Positions 6,643 to 10,635 of a stretch of DNA of 10,635 bases are shown here, one piece after another (position 1 is the stretch's first letter; every line of letters starts with the position of its first letter). The notes below the pieces were generated by a model. It searched no databases. It was given only the letters and a program-made list of their open reading frames with translations, and was not told where the DNA came from. The stretch is from the NCBI GenBank assembly GCA_964549615.1, contig CAZJVP010000038.1:1-10635 (forward strand), read 5' to 3'. Made by a program: the position numbers and the translations under genes. The stretch is from an uncultured Thermococci archaeon (GTDB taxonomy: Archaea > CAYQAE01 > CAYVLA01).

Positions 6643-7188
6643 CTAGTGGAAGATCTTGACGAACGACATTAGGGAGAAGGCAAGCATGACCGCCAGCGAG
6701 AGCGCGAACGAAACGGCCCCCAAGCCGATCAGCGGCGTAATGAAGATCCCTGCGATCATCAGCGGAACCAAGTTGAAGGCCAGCTTCCCAGGGCTGAACG
6801 GTCCCAGCCAGCTTTGCACGTGGGCGAATTCGTGTCTTATGACGCTAGGATCATCAACAGCTATGATGCCCCAGCCGACGAACGAGTAGCCGGATATCTC
6901 CACGTAGTGGCGGTCCGCTTGGCCGTCCGGTTGCGGTTCAGACGTCGTGCGGCGAGAGCGCATCTCCCTGCTGCACACGTAGGGTGGGCCTTCTTCCCGG
7001 GGTTTCATAACAAGTGCAAGCGGCCTGCCATAGCAGATGGAAAGCACGCAGGCAAGGCACAAGGCCGGAAAGTAGATGATATGGGAAAGGCCCCAGGAAA
7101 CCTTTCGCGGAAGGTGAAACAGGAGCGGTCGAAAGGGCAGGTGTACGAGCTTGGGGCAGAAGCCCAAGTCGGTATGGGCTTGCTGCAA
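6643..7188 (-). CDS. Small membrane protein with an HExxH (HEFAH) motif; putative zinc metallopeptidase
   Basis: Hydrophobic segment HIIYFPALCLACVLSICY, motif VIRHEFAHVQS (HEFAH at 6820-6834), then a long C-terminal hydrophobic stretch (~2 TM helices). The start is uncertain: TTG 7188 follows GGAGGAG at the end of the upstream gene, and TTG 7167 or ATG 7008 are alternatives. Confidence 0.6.
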   Translation of the reverse strand: MQQAHTDLGFCPKLVHLPFRPLLFHLPRKVSWGLSHIIYFPALCLACVLSICYGRPLALVMKPREEGPPYVCSREMRSRRTTSEPQPDGQADRHYVEISGYSFVGWGIIAVDDPSVIRHEFAHVQSWLGPFSPGKLAFNLVPLMIAGIFITPLIGLGAVSFALSLAVMLAFSLMSFVKIFH

Positions 7189-7195
7189 CTGGGGA

Positions 7196-7495
7196 CTACT
7201 CCTCCTCTTCGTCTTCCTCAAGGGGCGGCCCCGTGTATCTTGCGGCGGAGATCGTCTCGCCCCTCCTTATGCCGAACAGTTTCATCGTTCTAGCATCTAT
7301 GCCGACGAACTTGGTTGGCAGGTAGTCGTCCTCGACGGCCTTGACTAGCAGGGTCCCCCTCCGGCCGATGACTTCGATGATCCCGCCCGGCATTATCTCG
7401 AGTTTGTCGAGGTCCTCGCCGCGCATCTTGACGGTGTTTATCCAGTTGACGGGCATGGCGCTCAGCTCCACAACGCCTTCCTTCTTCTTCTCCAT
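7196..7495 (-). CDS. Stand-alone double-psi beta-barrel protein (CDC48/VAT N-terminal subdomain-like, FwdD-like) with an acidic tail
   Basis: Two ~42-residue pseudo-repeats, VKMRGEDLDKLEIMPGGIIEV and VGIDARTMKLFGIRRGETISA, and C-terminal EEDEEEE. ATG 7495 is preceded by the SD GGGGAG and by a TATA box. Confidence 0.75.
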   Translation of the reverse strand: MEKKKEGVVELSAMPVNWINTVKMRGEDLDKLEIMPGGIIEVIGRRGTLLVKAVEDDYLPTKFVGIDARTMKLFGIRRGETISAARYTGPPLEEDEEEE

Positions 7496-7525
7496 TTCTG
7501 GCTCCCCAATGGTAGTTGGGGTACC

Positions 7526-7542
7526 GGTATATAGATTTACCG
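7526..7542 (-). promoter_or_regulatory. Archaeal BRE/TATA promoter for the DPBB gene
   Basis: Minus strand GGTAAATCTATATAC, with TATATA at 7533-7528, about 33 nt upstream of ATG 7495. Confidence 0.6.
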
Positions 7543-7551
7543 AATCGAGAA

Positions 7552-8754
7552 TCAAGCCCGTCCTTGTGCGGTCAACGATCGGTCGATGGCGGAGAAGGCG
7601 TGGGAAAGCTGCCTCTTGGTTATGCAGAGAGGCGGGACCAGCCGGATGACCTGGCCGGCAGTGCGGTTGACGATGACGCCCTCCTGCAGGCAGTGCTCCA
7701 AGACTTTTTTGGCAACGTCCTCGGATGCCATTTCAAGTGCCAGCATTAGGCCAATTCCCCTAACGTCGCGCACCGAGTCCGGGTGGCGGCTGCGAAGCAT
7801 CCTCATCTTCTCAATGGCCCATCTGCCCAACTCTGTGGCTCGCTGAGGCAGGTTTTCTTGTTCCAAGACCTCCAGCGCAGCCATGGCCGCGGCGCAGGCC
7901 AGGGGGTTTCCCCCGAATGTTGAGGCATGGTCGCCCGGGCGCAGTTTGTCCATCACGTCCGATCTGGCTGCAACTGCGCCTATTGGCACGCCGCCGCCCA
8001 ACCCCTTTGCCATCGCGACGATATCGGGCGTGATTCCCATGGTCTGGCAGGCTAGAAACGCGCCGGTCCTTCCCATGCCGGTCTGTACCTCGTCGAATGC
8101 AAGGATAATGCCGGCCTCGGTGCAGAGTCTGCGGACTGCGGAAAGGTAGCCGGGGTTGGGCAGGATTATTCCTCCCTCCCCCTGGACCGGTTCTAGGATC
8201 ACTCCGCCGACGCTGTCGTCGATGGCCGACGCGATCTGGTCTTGATCGCCGTAGTCGACGAACCTAACCCCGGGAAGAAGGGGCTCGAAGGGCTCGCGAT
8301 ACTTGGACTGCCCGGTCACGGAGAGGGAACCCATGGTACGGCCGTGGAAGGAGCCCTTGGCGGCTAGGATCCCGGGCCTCCCCGAGGCCCTTCGGATGAG
8401 CTTCAGTGCCGCCTCAACCGCCTCGGTCCCGCTGTTGCAAAAGAAGACCTTGTCGAGCCCAGCGGGGAGCATGCCCACGAGCTTCTCCGCCAGCCTTGCC
8501 TGCGGTTCGTTGTAGTAAAGGTTGGAACAGTGCATGAGGCGGCCCGCCTGCCGGCGAAGGGCCCTCACCACCTTCGGGTGACAGTGGCCAACGTTGTTGA
8601 CGGCGATCCCCGCAACGCAGTCCAAGTACCTCCTTCCTTCCGAGTCCCAAACGGTCGCGCCCTTTCCCCGGACCAAGCAGATCTTGAGGCGGGTGTAAAC
8701 CCCGGCATGGTAGCGCGAGTCGAGCTCGAAGATTGTGTCTGCGAGCGAGGCCAT
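7552..8754 (-). CDS. argD: Acetylornithine/[LysW]-semialdehyde aminotransferase (class III PLP-dependent, ArgD/LysJ)
   Basis: YLDCVAGIAVNNVGHCHP, FFCNSGTEAVEAALK, SFHGRTMGSLS, EPVQGEGG, DEVQTGMGRTG, AKGLGGGVPIGA (PLP Lys), HASTFGGNPLAC and RLVPPL. ArgD and LysJ cannot be separated by eye. Confidence 0.88.
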   Translation of the reverse strand: MASLADTIFELDSRYHAGVYTRLKICLVRGKGATVWDSEGRRYLDCVAGIAVNNVGHCHPKVVRALRRQAGRLMHCSNLYYNEPQARLAEKLVGMLPAGLDKVFFCNSGTEAVEAALKLIRRASGRPGILAAKGSFHGRTMGSLSVTGQSKYREPFEPLLPGVRFVDYGDQDQIASAIDDSVGGVILEPVQGEGGIILPNPGYLSAVRRLCTEAGIILAFDEVQTGMGRTGAFLACQTMGITPDIVAMAKGLGGGVPIGAVAARSDVMDKLRPGDHASTFGGNPLACAAAMAALEVLEQENLPQRATELGRWAIEKMRMLRSRHPDSVRDVRGIGLMLALEMASEDVAKKVLEHCLQEGVIVNRTAGQVIRLVPPLCITKRQLSHAFSAIDRSLTAQGRA

Positions 8755-8785
8755 GGCTGTGGGTGGAGACGCGCTCTCAAAAATG

Positions 8786-9361
8786 CTATACAGGGCCGTT
8801 CCGTCGCTTTTCGAGGCACAGGGCGGTATCCTCGCCGCACGGGGCTGTTCTGATCTGGGATAGCCCGAGCGCGCGGAGGCCGCGGATTGTTACCTGCGCC
8901 TTGGTAGGGAAGCTAAGTGCTACTCTGCCACCGCCCTTAAGTACCCTCGAGAGCTCGGCCATCGCCGCACGTCGTCGAGGGATGTTCTGTATCACTGTGG
9001 CAGCAAGAACCCCGTCGAAGGATGCGTCCCGGAAGGGAAGCCTGGTGCAGTCCCCCAAGACGACACTGCCCTTCATCTTGCTGGGTCGGGCCGACAACAT
9101 TGCGAGGGAGAAATCAAGCCCTACGTAGGCCGCTCCACCCGCGTTTATGGGGTCGGCCGCGAGACAGGTCCCGCAGCCCCAATCGAGGATCTTCTGGCCG
9201 GACGCCAAGCCGAGCATGTCCAAGAGAACCGGATACTTGGATCTTTGCAGCTCGCTGTAGCGAGCGTCGTACCTCGAGGCGGTCTGGCTGTACCTTCGAC
9301 GGGTCTCTGAGGGTCCCAGCAACCGAAACCTCGGGTTTCCGTCGGGGCTTAAGACTCTCAT
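8786..9361 (-). CDS. Class I SAM-dependent methyltransferase (Methyltransf_11-like)
   Basis: Y...A.RYD, ILDWGCGT, VGLDFSLAML, GDCTRLPFRDASFD and ELSRVLKGGG. The start is ATG 9361 or TTG 9376. Confidence 0.85.
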   Translation of the reverse strand: MRVLSPDGNPRFRLLGPSETRRRYSQTASRYDARYSELQRSKYPVLLDMLGLASGQKILDWGCGTCLAADPINAGGAAYVGLDFSLAMLSARPSKMKGSVVLGDCTRLPFRDASFDGVLAATVIQNIPRRRAAMAELSRVLKGGGRVALSFPTKAQVTIRGLRALGLSQIRTAPCGEDTALCLEKRRNGPV

Positions 9362-9545
9362 GGCCGGTGCGTCCAACCCAACGCGGCGAGTGGGAGTGTG
9401 TTGGTGGGCAGTCTAGGCGTGAGCAAGTCAAGGCCGAGGTAGGCGTCTTCGGCCGGGAGATCTGTTATTTTGTGCAACAAGCAGTCTCAATTTGTCCTCT
9501 TACAGTACTAGATCGGGATAGATGTTTCTAAGGCTCGTGGGTGAT

Positions 9546-9562
9546 TTGTAAACATTTATAAG
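9546..9562 (+). promoter_or_regulatory. BRE/TATA promoter of the ABC permease gene
   Basis: GTAAACA-TTTATAAG, with TTTATAA at 9555-9561, 28 nt before GTG 9590. Confidence 0.65.
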
Positions 9563-9589
9563 GGAAACAGAGGGTTGCGGCCCCTGCCC

Positions 9590-10635
9590 GTGGACTCTCT
9601 CAATCTTGCCATCAGGAACCTCCAGAGGCGCAAGCTCAGAACCGCCCTACTTATAGTCGTGATGACGATAGTGTGTGCGAACTTCATCCAACAGGTCAAC
9701 TTCTCCATAGGGCTTGAGGTAACCGGGGACATAGAGGAGGCCCAGGCCGAGTGGGAGCAGAGGGCGACGCACCTCACCTTCTTCGACGCCGACATCTACC
9801 CGGAAGGTAAGGCGAGTCCAAAGGTCACCATTCCCAGGGACGTCGCGCGCATTTCCAATGACCTGTACAACAAGGCGTTCGAGGCCGTCGACGCGGTGAA
9901 GGGGAAGGTGGCCCGGGAGGTTTGGCTCAGCTTCGGCAAGATCCAGATAACCAAGCCGGGCGAGTTTGAGACGTTCACCATACCTTCGGGCGACCAGTAC
10001 ATGGAGCTTATAGGCATGGACTCCCCCTACATCACGATCTTTCTCAACACGACGCCGAAGCTTCAACTTGCTACCTGTCCTTACTGTGACGGCGTCGGGT
10101 GTGAGAAGTGCGACTATACGGGGAAGTGGGGAAGGTATCCCCCTCCCGCCGGCGGCGGGATCGTGATCTCACAGTACTACATGCTCAGGGAGGACCTCAA
10201 CCTCTCCCTCTACTATGACAGCGTGGCAAAGAAGTGGGTAGGAACCAACGTCACGGTCTTCTACGACCTCGAGGGGGCAAAGAAGCTGGGCGAATATACC
10301 CTCTACGTCGGCTTAGGTCACACTCCGCCCACGCAGGGCATTCCCCTCCAGATAATCGGCGTCATTAGGTCCGAGCCCAATTTCGGTCTCATCTCCCTGA
10401 AGGACGCATGGACACTCAAAGGCATGGAGAAGGACCGTTGGTCCAGCTTCATGTACATAAGGATCCCCAAGGTGACGGACTTCGGAACGGTCAACAGCAA
10501 GCTTTCCCGTTACTACCCGCAGCACAACGTGTTCGTGTTGTACCCGGTGCTGAAGACGGTGACCGCCACCATCAACATACTGCAATGGGAGTTGCCGCTC
10601 GTCGCGGGGCTGGTCGCCCTGCTGATATTCCTCAA
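9590..10635 (+). CDS. MacB/FtsX-family ABC transporter permease, 3'-truncated by the window edge
   Basis: Manually translated with no stop to the window end: VDSLNLAIRNLQRRKLRTALLIVVMTIVCANF (typical LAxRNLxRRKxRT + TM1), a large extracytoplasmic domain (GRYP...GIVIS, LQIIGVI, MYIRI) with NxS/T sequons, then TM2 LPLVAGLVALLIFL. An alternative in-frame TTG lies at 9575. Confidence 0.88.
   Translation, partial: MDSLNLAIRNLQRRKLRTALLIVVMTIVCANFIQQVNFSIGLEVTGDIEEAQAEWEQRATHLTFFDADIYPEGKASPKVTIPRDVARISNDLYNKAFEAVDAVKGKVAREVWLSFGKIQITKPGEFETFTIPSGDQYMELIGMDSPYITIFLNTTPKLQLATCPYCDGVGCEKCDYTGKWGRYPPPAGGGIVISQYYMLREDLNLSLYYDSVAKKWVGTNVTVFYDLEGAKKLGEYTLYVGLGHTPPTQGIPLQIIGVIRSEPNFGLISLKDAWTLKGMEKDRWSSFMYIRIPKVTDFGTVNSKLSRYYPQHNVFVLYPVLKTVTATINILQWELPLVAGLVALLIFL

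Noticed and set aside
7552-8754. ArgD-like aminotransferase as a substitute for the missing MfnC
   Set aside because: It has all the canonical ArgD/LysJ class III motifs and is separated from the mfn operon by unrelated genes. Characterised MfnC belongs to a different aminotransferase class, so there is no positive evidence.
149-9128. Numerous antisense and alternate-frame ORFs (e.g. 149-514, 674-1102, 2972-3715, 5437-6132, 5904-6503, 6814-7293)
   Set aside because: These are shadow ORFs expected in GC-rich DNA. They overlap well-supported genes and show no recognisable motifs.
9556-10585. Minus-strand ORFs 9556-9795, 9647-10066, 9796-10017, 10313-10585 and 10318-10500
   Set aside because: All are antisense to the uninterrupted ABC permease frame starting at 9590.
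1-10635. CRISPR arrays, tRNA/rRNA genes, IS elements, Sec/Pyl read-through
   Set aside because: I saw no regularly spaced repeats, cloverleaf or rRNA-like segments, transposase motifs, or in-frame stops interrupting conserved domains.

Overview
GC-rich archaeal-type chromosomal window (TATA-like boxes, GGAG/GGTGA ribosome-binding motifs, archaeal coenzyme genes). The left ~6.3 kb is a C1-coenzyme biosynthesis neighbourhood. It contains a minus-strand methanofuran operon mfnD-mfnF-mfnE-mfnB, divergently paired with a HisA/HisF-related TIM-barrel gene, and then a COG1665-type Pol-beta nucleotidyltransferase divergent from the F420 gene cofC. The right part carries a small basic protein with a Cren7-like N-terminal motif, and a two-gene unit encoding a stand-alone double-psi beta-barrel (CDC48-N/FwdD-like) protein plus a small HExxH membrane protein. 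These are followed by argD/lysJ, a class I methyltransferase, and the 5' part of a MacB/FtsX-type ABC permease that is absent from the ORF track and carries an inserted CxxCxGxGCxxCxxTG motif. No RNA genes, CRISPR arrays or mobile elements were seen. All family calls come from motif recognition by eye, not from database searches.
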